Assembly (NCBI GenBank): GCA_000004985.1
Contig: GG738891.1
DNA from: Naegleria gruberi
Taxonomy: Eukaryota
Strand: one strand, 5' to 3'
Length of the DNA stretch: 64,000 nt
Of this stretch, positions 19,600 to 31,049 are shown one piece after another. The notes beneath the pieces are model-generated. The model worked only from the letters and a program-made list of their open reading frames with translations, made no database searches and was not told the origin of the DNA. The position numbers and the translations under genes are program-made. How positions within the stretch are numbered: position 1 is the stretch's first letter; every line of letters starts with the position of its first letter.

Positions 19600-20463
19600 A
19601 TGATAATAGTATCGGCAAAGGAAATTAAGGAATGGTACTCGTTGTTTATGAAACAATTTCAAGATACCAAAGTTTCAAAGGATAAATACTTGCCAAGCCT
19701 AAAGATTCATAGTTTACCATCGAGTTATGAAAATACGACAACAATAATCACAACAACATCTCCATCTTTGAATAATAGTAATACTAATGGAAATAATTCA
19801 TCTTTAAATAATCAACAATTGGATTCTAATGAAATTAGTGATAAACAAGTAGAAATTGAAATTGTTGATAAGAAGGAAATGACAACGTCGACAGCACCAA
19901 ATCATGAAAAACAAGAACCAAAGAAATTGACAGATCTTACCTATCCAGAATTAATTTATGATACAACCCACTTGTCATTTCTCAAATATTTCTATTCGGA
20001 AGATTATCCAGGATCAAATTATAGGAAGAGTCAGTTACAGTTCGTACATTTCATACCATCGTATGAAATTTATTTGAAAGGTAATAGAGTATCACAAGCA
20101 GATTGGACCTATACAGCCATAACAAGCCAGAAGAGGATGGAAGATACAGAACCAGAAAAGAAGAAGAAGCATACACCATTTTCCATCTCCTTTCATGACT
20201 TGTCTGTATTCTTTGAAGTTATCTATGGATATCTTCAACTGAGGCCTTTCGAAATTGGAAAGCTGCCCAAACACCTGCACAGTCCAGAAGCATGTACAAG
20301 ATATGTTTTTCAAAATGTATTGAATTTTGTTGGAATTGATACTGATAATTTGGAAAACAAAGCAATCTCCAAACAACAATTTATGGATTATTGTTTTCAT
20401 AAATTGAGTCAAGAAAGTACTCAAGTATTGGAACAGTCGTCTCAAACCAACCTTGTCAATTAA
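19600..20463 (+). CDS. Hypothetical Asn/Thr-rich protein.
   Basis: Long ORF. The track start at 19591 is TTG and the first ATG is at 19600. No domain recognised. Confidence 0.3.
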   Translation: MIIVSAKEIKEWYSLFMKQFQDTKVSKDKYLPSLKIHSLPSSYENTTTIITTTSPSLNNSNTNGNNSSLNNQQLDSNEISDKQVEIEIVDKKEMTTSTAPNHEKQEPKKLTDLTYPELIYDTTHLSFLKYFYSEDYPGSNYRKSQLQFVHFIPSYEIYLKGNRVSQADWTYTAITSQKRMEDTEPEKKKKHTPFSISFHDLSVFFEVIYGYLQLRPFEIGKLPKHLHSPEACTRYVFQNVLNFVGIDTDNLENKAISKQQFMDYCFHKLSQESTQVLEQSSQTNLVN

Positions 20464-20656
20464 TTGTAAATTTTGTAAATATTTCAAAAACTCCCAAATT
20501 AAATTACATTTCAAATCAAATATTAATGAGCTTGGCAAGTTTATCTTTCCAAGAATTACTGAATCAGTGAATTGTAAATTATTCAAAGAATATTGCAACT
20601 AGTTCTTGCATGTCAACGTCAGAAATTCATCAGTGATTATTTCAATTTTAAAAAAA

Positions 20657-22236
20657 ATGGTGAATGGAATCTTTAATAGTGGCAGAGCATCTGTCGATTT
20701 TAATTACCGTCCTGGTATGCATCGGTTTGCAGATCCTTCAATGACCAGTGACAGAATAATGCTAGGAAGAAGTCCAGGAGCTGGTTTCGGAGGCATGTAT
20801 TTAATGTCAGGTACATCAGAAATTTCTGCTTTAACAACACCTTCACAATCCACAAAAACATCTTTTGATTCGATTGGAAAAATTTGGATTAATTTAATTG
20901 AAGCAAGAAAACTTTTGGCAGCTGACGTGAATGGAACCTCAGATCCTGTAAGTTTTTGTGTATTTCATATTTAATTTTACAAATTTGATATAGTATGCTG
21001 TTATATTGTGTAGGTGTTATGAATTTTAAATTGAGTTTAATAATAATGAAAGTTGGTGATATTCAAAAAAAGTCACGTGTCATGTACCATAATTTAGATC
21101 CAATTTGGAAGGAAGAATTTTATTTTGATATTTGTGAAACGAATGAAAGTTTAAAGATTTATATTATGGATAGTGATACAATTGGTTCAGATGATTTTTT
21201 AGGATTGGTTGAAGTGCCAATCAAGTCAATTGTTGAATCAAAAAATGATTTAATAGACAAGTGGTATAAATTGAAATCTACTTCAGTAAGTTTACAATTT
21301 TTCAAATCAAATGAAAATTAACTTTCTCAGTTGACTACTCGAGTAACAGGTGAACTTCATTTGCAACTCAAATTTTTACCAAACAATGCACGTCAAGCCA
21401 TAATGTCACCAATCACGCCAATTCCAACTTATTCGGATACTGATTTATCCAGTGAACGATCCACCGATTATATGGAACAAGTAGATGATCTGGGAGCCAA
21501 TTTTTCAATGAATACTGAAAAAATGTTGAGTGACATTCATTCAGCTCGTTATTTACATTCATTTATGAAGGAGCAATTTTGTGAGGAATGTTTGGAATTC
21601 ATTTATGCAGTGGAACAATTTAGGAAAATTTATAAAAATCGACAAGTGGATCCAAAAGAATTGAAGAAGGTTGCATTTGTAGTTTATGAGAGATTTTTAC
21701 AATTTGGAAGTCCACAGGAGGTTGCAATTCCGTTCATGATTAGAGTAGAGCTACAGGACTTTTTTGAGAACAAATTGGAAGATGAGACGTCTAATATATT
21801 GTCGGTTTTAACAATTGACGTGTTCGATGAGGCTCACTCGATCATTCTTCACATGATTAAGAGTGACATTATTCCAAGATTCATGTACTCTCATCAGTAT
21901 AAGAATTGGAGTTACTCTCTCGATTGGTCTCTCCAATTCCGAATGATGGAAGAAAAGAGGAGAAAGCAAAGTTTGACCTATCTCATTGAAATGATGGATG
22001 AGAAGAGTTTGCAATTTTTAAAGAAGAGAATTATTGAGAGACAAAAGAAAAAGAATTCCTCCAATAGTACTTCTTGTAATTCTGCATTTGATGATTGTGA
22101 TTCGGATGAGGAAGGAATTTTGGAAGAATTGAATTTGAGTGATTTCAAATCAACTAAATTTTCCTCAACCCAACAAGCTCAACAGGGCCAACAACAACCA
22201 ACAATTGATATGGGAGAGTTTGTTTTAACCTTGTAA
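20657..22236 (+). CDS. C2-domain plus RGS-domain protein with three exons. Exons are about 20657..20957, 21014..21285 and 21331..22236.
   Basis: The C2 blocks are GTSDP, KLSLIIMKV, DPIWKEEFYF and DSDTIGSDDFLGLVEVPI. The RGS block is SFMKEQFCEECLEFIYAVEQFRK with VAFVVYERFLQFGSPQEVAI. Intron 2 runs from GTAAGT to CTCAG and is 45 nt. Intron 1 fits only with a GTGTAT donor (56 nt), so that junction is less certain. ATG is at 20657 after an A8 run. Confidence 0.6.
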
Positions 22237-22382
22237 ATAATAAATAAGCTCACAGAATTTGATTTATTTCCCTTTTTTCACTTTTTTCATTAATAATCAG
22301 GATGTTGGTTGCGTGCTGGTATCGTTTGGGTTAACGGAATGGTCAAATGTCTGGTCAAGGTAAAGAGCATTTATACTCAGGT

Positions 22383-23482
22383 TTAACAGTATCTAATGTC
22401 ATCCTCATCTTTTTCATAGACAAGTACTTCATAAATCAACGTTTTCAACTTGGGAGCTAGTGCTAATTTAATTTTCTCAATGTGATCTTCTTTAAAAATT
22501 GTTCCATCCAAGTCCAATGTTGTCAAGCTCTTCATGAGACATATAACTTGTAAATCCAATTCTGGATCACTGCCAATCTGTGAACATCCCCTCAATGACA
22601 AACAGCTTAATTGACTCAATTTGGCGAGTTGTACTAAAGAATCATGAGTTATTGATCCATTACATCCCAGGTTTAGTGAGGTCAATTTTGGCAGCTTTTC
22701 ACAAATTACTTTAACTTCCGAATCTCCAATCCAGGTACTTCCAAGGTCAAGGCTTGTGAGATTTCTCAATTTTGAGCAGACAAATGAAAGCAAATCCTTG
22801 TTCATATTTGATAGTCCAATATCAAGAGATTGTAAATCTGTTAAAGCGCAAATATTTCTTATATCACCATGGTTGATTTCAGTACGACACAATCCAAGAG
22901 ATTTCAGTTGTTTCATTGAGCTGATTATTGTTGTGCCAACATTTCCAACTTTGGTATGTCTCATGTTTAATTCAGTTAAATTTTCCAAGTTTTGTATGTA
23001 TTTCAAGTTCCTTGGATTTATACTACAAACTTCCAATGTTAAGGAGTGTAAAAGTTTCATATTTTGGCAGAAACTCATTCCCTTTTCATCTATTGAAGCT
23101 CCATACAGAGACAAACTTGTTAATTTATCCTTCAAACAATCACTCAATATCTTAAAATAACTACTATCAACAGTAACAAGCCAATTACTTCCAATTCCAT
23201 CATAATGATAGGCAAATGATGTGATATTTGCATGTTGCTGCAATCAAGAGAAAGAATTTCTTGAAATGGTTCAAAATAGAACGATTTCACCTTCAAATGA
23301 ATAGGAAATTGTCTAATTGCCACCAAATACCACTGTTTTGATACGAGAGAATACCTCTCCATCACTTCTTTTCTATCCAAAAATTTTAATATTTCATAAC
23401 AAATATCATCGGGTATGATCGGTGCCTCACTACTTTCAAACTTCTTTACAGGAGGAGAGGCAGATAACCCTTGCTTGTCCAT
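22383..23482 (-). CDS. F-box/LRR-repeat protein with two exons. Exons are 23482..23291 and 23237..22383.
   Basis: Exon 1 carries the F-box IPDDICYEILKFLDRKEVMERYSLVSKQWYLVA. A 53-nt intron from GTGAAA to TTGCAG joins in frame to Cys-containing LRRs (LTSLDLGSTWIGDSEV, LSLRGCSQIGSD). Confidence 0.65.
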
Positions 23483-24060
23483 GTTTTGTATTGGATTTTG
23501 CTGCTTTTGGGGGTTTTGATGGTTTACTCATTTTTTTATTGAGTGAACTTGAACCTCCTTAATAGAATTTAGAGATTTAATGAGAGATAATTGTTGATTA
23601 CAATAATCCATGGTCATTTAGTAAGGCAACGCCTCTCTCTTATTAATTTACTTAATTAGTGTAGGGCAGAGTGTGATTTTAACCTGTCCCTTCAATCAAG
23701 GTACTTATCATTGTTCTGATACACGTATTCAATGAAACAAAAATATTGTGAAGATTTCTTGTTTTTGGATTCTTATTAAGTTGGTAGATTGAAGTGTATC
23801 AAGATTAGAGAATAAATTGGAATCAAACTTTTATACAATGTTCTTGAAAAGAAAAGTCGATATTCCTGTATGAATCTATCAAGTGCAGGTTTAGACTCAG
23901 AAAACACCATTTCAATTAAAATAAACAAAAATACAAACACCACATAAATGACTCATTAATCCAAATTGTAATCAATTTTTGTAAACTTTCCAAAAAGATC
24001 TTTAATTGTACAGTTTTCAAAAACAACTCCTAAAATCACCATATTTGAAATTGTAAATCC

Positions 24061-24180
24061 AAAAGGCGCCAAACAAATGAGTTCCATCGAGCAAATCCAC
24101 GAAAAATCATCAAATCTCAATATTTATTTTTAGAAGCAACATTTGAGTCATTATTGCTTTCTCTGAAAAGTGCGCCAAAA
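24061..24180. promoter_or_regulatory. Two E2F-like sites in a divergent promoter region: AAAAGGCGCCAAAC (24061-24074) and AAAGTGCGCCAAAA (24167-24180).
   Basis: GC-rich 8-mers (TTTGGCGC on one or both strands) match the E2F/DP consensus TTTSSCGC. They stand out in about 75% AT intergenic DNA. They lie between the F-box gene start (23482, minus strand) and the 24420 ORF. Confidence 0.4.
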
Positions 24181-24419
24181 AAACCTTCCAATTTGAACCT
24201 CAATCTTCATCCCTTCAAATATGACACGTTCTCTTCACCACATCATAATAAGCAGCACTTGCTGAGTTTTATTAATAACCAAGGAATAAAACTACTAGTA
24301 GCTGTTGGGCAAGGGCATTTGAATAAAACGGTTAGCAAGGGAGTGGTGACTCGAACAATTTTCCATAATAAAAAAAGATAACAACTTGAATCAACATTGA
24401 TTGTAATATAATAATAGAT

Positions 24420-24692
24420 ATGGCTCAAAGATCTTCATTGCCACTTCATAGTCAAGAAGAGGAACAAGCTTCCTTAACTGCTAATGCTGCTCCTCATCAT
24501 CATCCTCATCATAGAATTAAACAACAGGATGAGTCACATTTTGTGATATTAGAGAATGGATCTTCTGTTCCATTGTCAGATGTGATGGATAAGGAGGAAA
24601 GAGAAAATCCGAGTGATTTGTTGTTGAGAATGATGAAGAAGAGAGCTGTTGCATCACTACTCGATTCACGAAGGAATACTTTGAAGCAATAA
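24420..24692 (+). CDS. Small hypothetical protein, 90 aa.
   Basis: ORF with ATG at 24420. Acidic and His-rich. No homology recognised. Confidence 0.25.
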   Translation: MAQRSSLPLHSQEEEQASLTANAAPHHHPHHRIKQQDESHFVILENGSSVPLSDVMDKEERENPSDLLLRMMKKRAVASLLDSRRNTLKQ

Positions 24693-24943
24693 TTGAGTAT
24701 TCTTTCGAATGTATTTGTATGGTATTCTTCATAGTATTGGAATACATTGGATAACAATCAACATGCATAATGTTGATTTTGTATAATATAGCACATCGAG
24801 TATAGCAACACCTCTAACTTATCTAACTAAATAAAAACGTTTTAATTATTTCAATCATTCTCTATTCGAAATGTTTCTTTTGAAATTTCAGGCTTTGATT
24901 CCTTGTTCCTCGTTTCGAATGAAAAGAAAATAAAATTCAAGTT

Positions 24944-27763
24944 CTAAAAGCTTTCAAAACTTGCCTTCTGATTTGACTTTCTAATTCTTCTTCCCAAATC
25001 CTTGTCTAATGGAACGTTACTGGCACGAATATTCTTAAGATTGGGTGATCTTGCAACAAGTGTCTTGATACTCTTTTCATTAAGACTAGTTCCTCTAATG
25101 TCAACAATTGCCAGATAGGGAAGTGTTGATTTTTTGGATTGGAATTTGAGTTGTGTCAGTTGAGTACATGAAGATACATTCATCTTGATGAGAGAATTAG
25201 ATCCTTCAGGTATTATTATTGATTTGACATTTCCACTATTCATGCTTAATACCCTCATCGATGGAAGAATATTAATTGAAGGAATTTCTCCATCAAATGT
25301 TAAACTTTCCAAATTTGATAACTCACTCAAAACCTCTTGAAATTTCGGTCCAACCTTTCCCTCATGAATTGCAATCCTTTTCAGATTTTTAAAGAGTGGA
25401 ATACTTTGTCTAAAATTCACAATGTTACAACTCCTTAATGTTAGAGAGTGGACGCTAGAGAAGGCGTTTTCCTTTGCCTCATTTTGTACGACCAATTCCT
25501 TAATTTCACAATTGGTTGCATTGATATCTTTCAATAAATTAGATTTCAGATAAACGTAGGAGGTATAGGTAATGTTCAAGCTTTCAAGAAGTGGTGCAAA
25601 TATTGAGAATTTCACATCGGTTGCCTGCTTTAGTAAAATCTCCAATCTTCTCAAATTCTTGTGGTCTATATTGAAAACGAATGAGTCATTGGAAAATCTA
25701 GATGACAAACCAAACTCCTCTAAATTATTGATATTCATCAATAAACGTGACATTCTCACCGATGAAATGTGTTTCATATTGCTTTCAATGTGAAAGTGTA
25801 GCTTCTTCAATGCCTTCATGTTTTCATATTGATTTGACAGATAGGTCCACAGAGGTGACTCAAAATCTCCATAATAGAACAGTGATTCGAATGTATGCAT
25901 CATTGGTTCTGGTGTCATACTTCTCAATCCATTACAATTGGAAAGTTTGATGTGGCGAATTTGTGGATAAATCTCACGATCTCCCAATTCAAAACTGAAT
26001 TCTCTTAGACTTTTTACATGTTTCAGGGAGAGTTTCTCGAGAACTATTCCATTATTTTCAATTAAATGAAGTCCCACACAAGCAATTGATACCTTTTCGA
26101 GTTGAGGCATGGAAGAGATTTTCAAAGTTCTCAGCTGTACAAAATTATTCACGTATGGATCTTTGAGAATATGAATCGATCGAATATTAAAGCAATCTCT
26201 AATTCTAAACTCAGTCAAAGAGTCAGAACATTTTCCAAGCAGTGCATTCAAGTGTCCATTGAACATGAAAGAATTTGCAATTCGTAAATTTTGTAATTTT
26301 TTCAATTCACTCAGCACCATGAGCTCTCCAAAATTTTGAAGTATTAACTTTTCTATATTTGGTAAATCCAACTGTACAAGACTCTCTCTACAGCAAACTG
26401 GATAGTTAATGAAACGTAGCTGTTTCAGAGAGTTGCTTTTGAGAATTACTTTCCCATCTACTTCAGTGTTAGAATCTGGTCGAATTATGGAAACATTGAG
26501 GTATTGTAAATTTGGAAGATTATTGAGAATTTTCTGAATATCTCTTGCTTCCTTTGTGCGAAATGCTTCAATAACCATCTTGGTTAAATTATTTCTTGGA
26601 ATGGTTGGTAAATTGAATGGCTGTATGCAATTCAAACCCCCAATCAAAATTTCTTCCATTTGTGGCAAAACTTCTTCTCTTTCAATTTGGAAAAATGTAT
26701 TCACAAAATCTTCTATTGTAATATTTTGACATCCAAAACTCTTCAATGATGTCCCTAGTTGATTACTGATCGCCAATAATTCATTCTTACTAAACTCATA
26801 ACATGTTATGTTTCCCCTCTTGTTAAATCCAAAATGTAAAGATTCCAAACTATTTAAACTCGATATAAACTCATTAAACCCCTGATTGGCAATAAATGAT
26901 AAATTTTGATTGGCATCATTTGTGAAAAATGAAATTTTCAATCTTTTAACATTGGTCTGAGCTAGAAATTCCTTAATAATCCTCAATTCATTCGAAACAT
27001 CCTTAAATTTAATATTCAATAATTGTAAATCACACAACTCGGTAAAAGACTCTGCCAAATATTGAATATCATTCCTTTCCAATGAAATATACATGTACTT
27101 TTCAAAATCCAAAACCAATCTCGTCACATTCACTAAAAATGGGAAATGTTCCAAATAAATTGAAAAGAAAGACCTCAAGGTTGTGAAATTACTAATAGGA
27201 AGAGAAATATTTGACAAGATTGCCATTCCCAATGTTGAACTCGTCGAAGAATCAAACACCAAAGCATTTGAAATTGTTGGAAGGAAATTCATTTCATCCA
27301 ATCCTTGCCAAAACTCCTTTCTCATCAAGTATTCACTCCTCAAATAGGAACACGTTTGAGAGAATTTCAAAATTGAATTTAAATCCAAATAACTGACAAT
27401 AATTCTCATCTGATAGAGGGGAATATATTGGAAAAAGTACTTTTCGGAATTGTTAACAAGATTGGGTCTTCTTCTTTTGGCTTCAATTTCTGTAATGTCC
27501 ACTTCTTCAACCTCGTAGTCATCATCATCTCCTACTACTACTAGTTGATGATTAATTTCATTATTTTCCTCTTGATGATTATTGGTTTTACTATTTTCTT
27601 GGAATTTTCGTTTTAGTGGATTTTCATTATTTTCATCATCATCATCGGAAATGACCACTACATCATCATCACTACTACTTTCCGAAGAGGAAGATGAATC
27701 TTCATCCTCCTCCTCATCACTAAAATCCAAGTCAATTTCGTTGCTTACTTGACTTTTAGTCAT
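24944..27763 (-). CDS. Large F-box/LRR-repeat protein, 939 aa, with an acidic Ser/Asp-rich N-terminus.
   Basis: ATG at 27763. An F-box-like segment (QYIPLYQMRIIVSYLDLNSILKFSQTCSYLRSEY) is followed by more than 20 irregular leucine-rich repeats. Confidence 0.55.
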   Translation of the reverse strand: MTKSQVSNEIDLDFSDEEEDEDSSSSSESSSDDDVVVISDDDDENNENPLKRKFQENSKTNNHQEENNEINHQLVVVGDDDDYEVEEVDITEIEAKRRRPNLVNNSEKYFFQYIPLYQMRIIVSYLDLNSILKFSQTCSYLRSEYLMRKEFWQGLDEMNFLPTISNALVFDSSTSSTLGMAILSNISLPISNFTTLRSFFSIYLEHFPFLVNVTRLVLDFEKYMYISLERNDIQYLAESFTELCDLQLLNIKFKDVSNELRIIKEFLAQTNVKRLKISFFTNDANQNLSFIANQGFNEFISSLNSLESLHFGFNKRGNITCYEFSKNELLAISNQLGTSLKSFGCQNITIEDFVNTFFQIEREEVLPQMEEILIGGLNCIQPFNLPTIPRNNLTKMVIEAFRTKEARDIQKILNNLPNLQYLNVSIIRPDSNTEVDGKVILKSNSLKQLRFINYPVCCRESLVQLDLPNIEKLILQNFGELMVLSELKKLQNLRIANSFMFNGHLNALLGKCSDSLTEFRIRDCFNIRSIHILKDPYVNNFVQLRTLKISSMPQLEKVSIACVGLHLIENNGIVLEKLSLKHVKSLREFSFELGDREIYPQIRHIKLSNCNGLRSMTPEPMMHTFESLFYYGDFESPLWTYLSNQYENMKALKKLHFHIESNMKHISSVRMSRLLMNINNLEEFGLSSRFSNDSFVFNIDHKNLRRLEILLKQATDVKFSIFAPLLESLNITYTSYVYLKSNLLKDINATNCEIKELVVQNEAKENAFSSVHSLTLRSCNIVNFRQSIPLFKNLKRIAIHEGKVGPKFQEVLSELSNLESLTFDGEIPSINILPSMRVLSMNSGNVKSIIIPEGSNSLIKMNVSSCTQLTQLKFQSKKSTLPYLAIVDIRGTSLNEKSIKTLVARSPNLKNIRASNVPLDKDLGRRIRKSNQKASFESF

Positions 27764-27826
27764 TTCAATTTTTTTTTTGTTTCAGATTTTAAATTGAAGA
27801 TAGAAAGTAAATTTTATGAAACAAGT

Positions 27827-29613
27827 TTAAAGAACAGTGACAGTCTTGGCCAAATTTCTTGGTTTGTCTGGATCGTGACCACGGAGAAGAGCCAATTCGT
27901 AAGCAACCAATTGGAGTGGAATATTGGCCAACAAGGCACTGAAAATACCATTAGATGGAACATCAATAACATAGTCAGCTTCATGGGATGGAATCTTATC
28001 TGGAATATCAGTAATAGCTACAGTATAAGCACCTCTTGATTTGATTTCAGCAGCAGCTGTCATATTCATCTTAAAGTACTTGTCATCAAGAATGAAAACA
28101 AAAATAACAGTTCCTGGTTCAATAAGGGCGAATGGACCATGTTTCAAGGCACCAGATGAGTAACCTTCGGCGTGAGTGTAAGTAACTTCCTTAACCTTCA
28201 AAGATCCTTCATAAGCAACAGCTTCACCATAACCCTTACCCAACATGAAAAGAGTATTGCCCTTCATGTTATAAATATGTCTGGCAATATGTCTACACTT
28301 CTCTCTAACTCTGCTCAAAACCATACCTGCACTAGTTGGCAAACGATGGAGGTATTGAATAATGGCTTGACGATGTTGAAGTTGGAATTTTGGTGATCTG
28401 TTTTGAGCAAACCACAAACCAATCAATGCCAAAACAGTAACTTGGCAAGAGAATGCCTTGGTTGAGGCAACAGCAGTTTCACGACCAGCATTAATATACA
28501 CACCACACTTTGTAGTTCTAGCAATAGTTGAACCGACACGATTAACGCAGGAGAAGCTTGGAACGCTCAATTGTTCTGCAATATAAATACATCTCAAAAC
28601 ATCAGCTGTTTCACCACTTTGTGATAAAACCAAAAGGCCAGAATTTTCAGGGCAAAAATGTGATTCCTCAAGTTCAGCACCATCAATAACTTGGATAGTC
28701 TTGAAGCATCTCAAATCTCTGAAAATTTGAGCACCATAGAGACCAGCATAGTAACTAGTACCACAACCAGCAATAACCAAATGTTCAATACCAGATAACC
28801 ATTCCTTATTATCATCCAAACCACCCAATTTAACATGACTATCATCACTAATTCTACCACCAAAATTCAAAGATCTTGAAATTGATTCAGGTTGCTCCAA
28901 AATTTCACGAATAGTCCAGTGAGCATGTGGATGAGGAGTCTTTTCAATCTTTTCTTCTTCAACAACAATCTTTCTTTCATAAGGAAGAGTAACACCTTCA
29001 GAGGTAATGACAGCAATTTCATTATTTTCCAAACTGATCATTTCTCTAGTGTACAATCCGAATGCAGAACTTTCGGAAGCAACAAACATCTTACCTTGTG
29101 AAACACCGACCAAGAGAGGAGAACCATTTCTGGCTACAACCAAACGATCTGGTTCAACTGTAGACATAATAACCAAACCCCAAGTACCTTCCAAATGTTT
29201 AGTAGTCTTGAGAACGGCCTTTTCAACAACATCTTGCTTCATTCCATCCTTTAACATTTGGTCCAAATAGACACCAATCATTTGAACAATAACTTCAGTA
29301 TCTGTTTCACTCTTGAATTTAATTCCGTGCTTTTCTATCAATTCCTTTTTCAATTCACCAGAATTTTCAATGACACCATTGTGAACAAGAATCACACGAC
29401 CAGATTGATCCATGTGAGGGTGAGCATTCATATCAGTTTTAGCTCCGTGAGTAGCCCATCTAGTGTGAGCAATACCAATACTATCATTTCCGTGTGTATG
29501 TAAAGTTTCTCTCAATCTCTTAAGAGCATCACTTGTTGTTTGAGAACTGGCATATTTAGTTGTGTGGAAGCAAGGTTCTCCCTTATCGTTTTGTCTTAAG
29601 NGTTGCAATACCT
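27827..29613 (-). CDS. GFA1: Glutamine--fructose-6-phosphate aminotransferase (GFA1/GFAT). The 5' end is truncated by an assembly gap.
   Basis: Diagnostic blocks are present: GIAHTRWATHG, the SIS-domain blocks CGTSYYAG and LSQSGETADV, and the C-terminal block LAKTVTVL. The N-terminal Cys1 glutaminase region lies in the N-run. The expressed-gene codon bias is strong (ggt, gct, aag, ttc). Confidence 0.85.
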
Positions 29614-29663
29614 NNNNNNNNNNNNNNNNNNNNNNNNNNNNNNNNNNNNNNNNNNNNNNNNNN
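29614..29663. other. Assembly gap. A run of N is present, plus an isolated N at 29601.
   Basis: Ambiguous bases in the sequence. Both flanking genes lose their 5' ends here, so the true gap is larger than 50 nt. Confidence 0.95.
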
Positions 29664-30738
29664 GAAGATGTGGAAGTCACCAAATGGTACTATTAGAAAC
29701 ATTTTGGGTGGTACTGTCTTCAGAGAACCTATTGTTATTGAAAACATTCCAAGATTAGTTCCTGGATGGACTCAACCAATTGTTATTGGTCGTCACGCTC
29801 ATGGTGATCAATACAAGGCTACTGACTTGGTTATTGGCGAACCAGGAAAGATGGAACTTGTTTTCACTCCAAAGAATGGTGGTGAAACTCAAAGATACAC
29901 TGTCTTCAACTTTGAAGGTTCTGGTGTTGCTATGGGAATGTACAATACTGATGAATCTATCAGAGATTTTGCTTACTCATGCTTCCAATTGGCTGTTGAC
30001 AAGAAATGGCCATTGTACTTGTCCACCAAGAATACCATCTTGAAGGCTTATGATGGTAGATTCAAGGATATCTTCCAAGAAATCTATGAAAAGGAATTCA
30101 AGACTAAATTCACTGAATTGGGTATCTGGTACGAACACAGACTTATTGATGACATGGTTGCTCAAACTTTGAAGAGTTCTGGTGGTTTCATCTGGGCTTG
30201 TAAGAATTATGATGGTGATGTCCAATCCGATATTGTTGCTCAAGGTTATGGTTCTTTGGGTTTGATGACTTCTGTCTTGTTGTGTCCTGATGGTAAGACT
30301 GTTGAAGCTGAAGCTGCTCACGGTACTGTTACTAGACACTACAGAGAACACCAAAAGGGTAAGGAAACCTCCACCAACCCTGTTGCCTCCATCTTTGCTT
30401 GGTCTCGTGGTTTGGCTCATCGTGCTAAGCTCGATGGTAATGCTGAATTGGCCAAGTTCTGTGATGCTTTGGAAGCTGCCACTATTGAAACTATCAGAGC
30501 TGGTAAGATGACCAAGGATTTGGCTATCTGTGTTCACGGAAACAAGTAAGTTTTTTCACACACGACAGATTTTCTAATTATTATTTTATTATTAATTATT
30601 TGATATTGTGATGATATTAATATTGAAAATTTGCATGATTATTATGGATAAACAGTGTTGATCGTTCTCAATACCTCAACACCAATGATTTCATGGCTGC
30701 TATTGATGAAACTTTGAAGAGTAAGCTCGGATTGTAAG
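29664..30738 (+). CDS. IDP: NADP-dependent isocitrate dehydrogenase. The 5' end is truncated by the gap. Exons are 29664..30545 and 30655..30738.
   Basis: The protein aligns by eye along its whole length to eukaryotic NADP-IDH ([54 protein letters not shown]). The last exon ([27 protein letters not shown]) is joined across a 109-nt GTAAGT..ACAG intron. It matches the conserved IDH C-terminus. Confidence 0.85.
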
Positions 30739-31049
30739 CATTTAATTCTTGATCACATTCTTTAATTCAAAAAGATTAAATTTACCAAAACAACGAGCAT
30801 CCAAACTGTAATAAAAAAGTTTAAAAATCCCTCCGAATCATGGACAATTGAGATGATCATCCTTCCCTTGTAATTTAAATTTATTTATTCTCCACCATTA
30901 TTTGTAAATTGTTAATCCTAGAATTTAGTCAATTAGTATTAAATAGTATTATTGAAATTTGTTCTTAGTTCTTTTTCAAAGGAATATCAAATTATTAATT
31001 ACAACCAATTAAAATCTAAATAATTAAAAACAGTTAAAAAAATCGAAAC

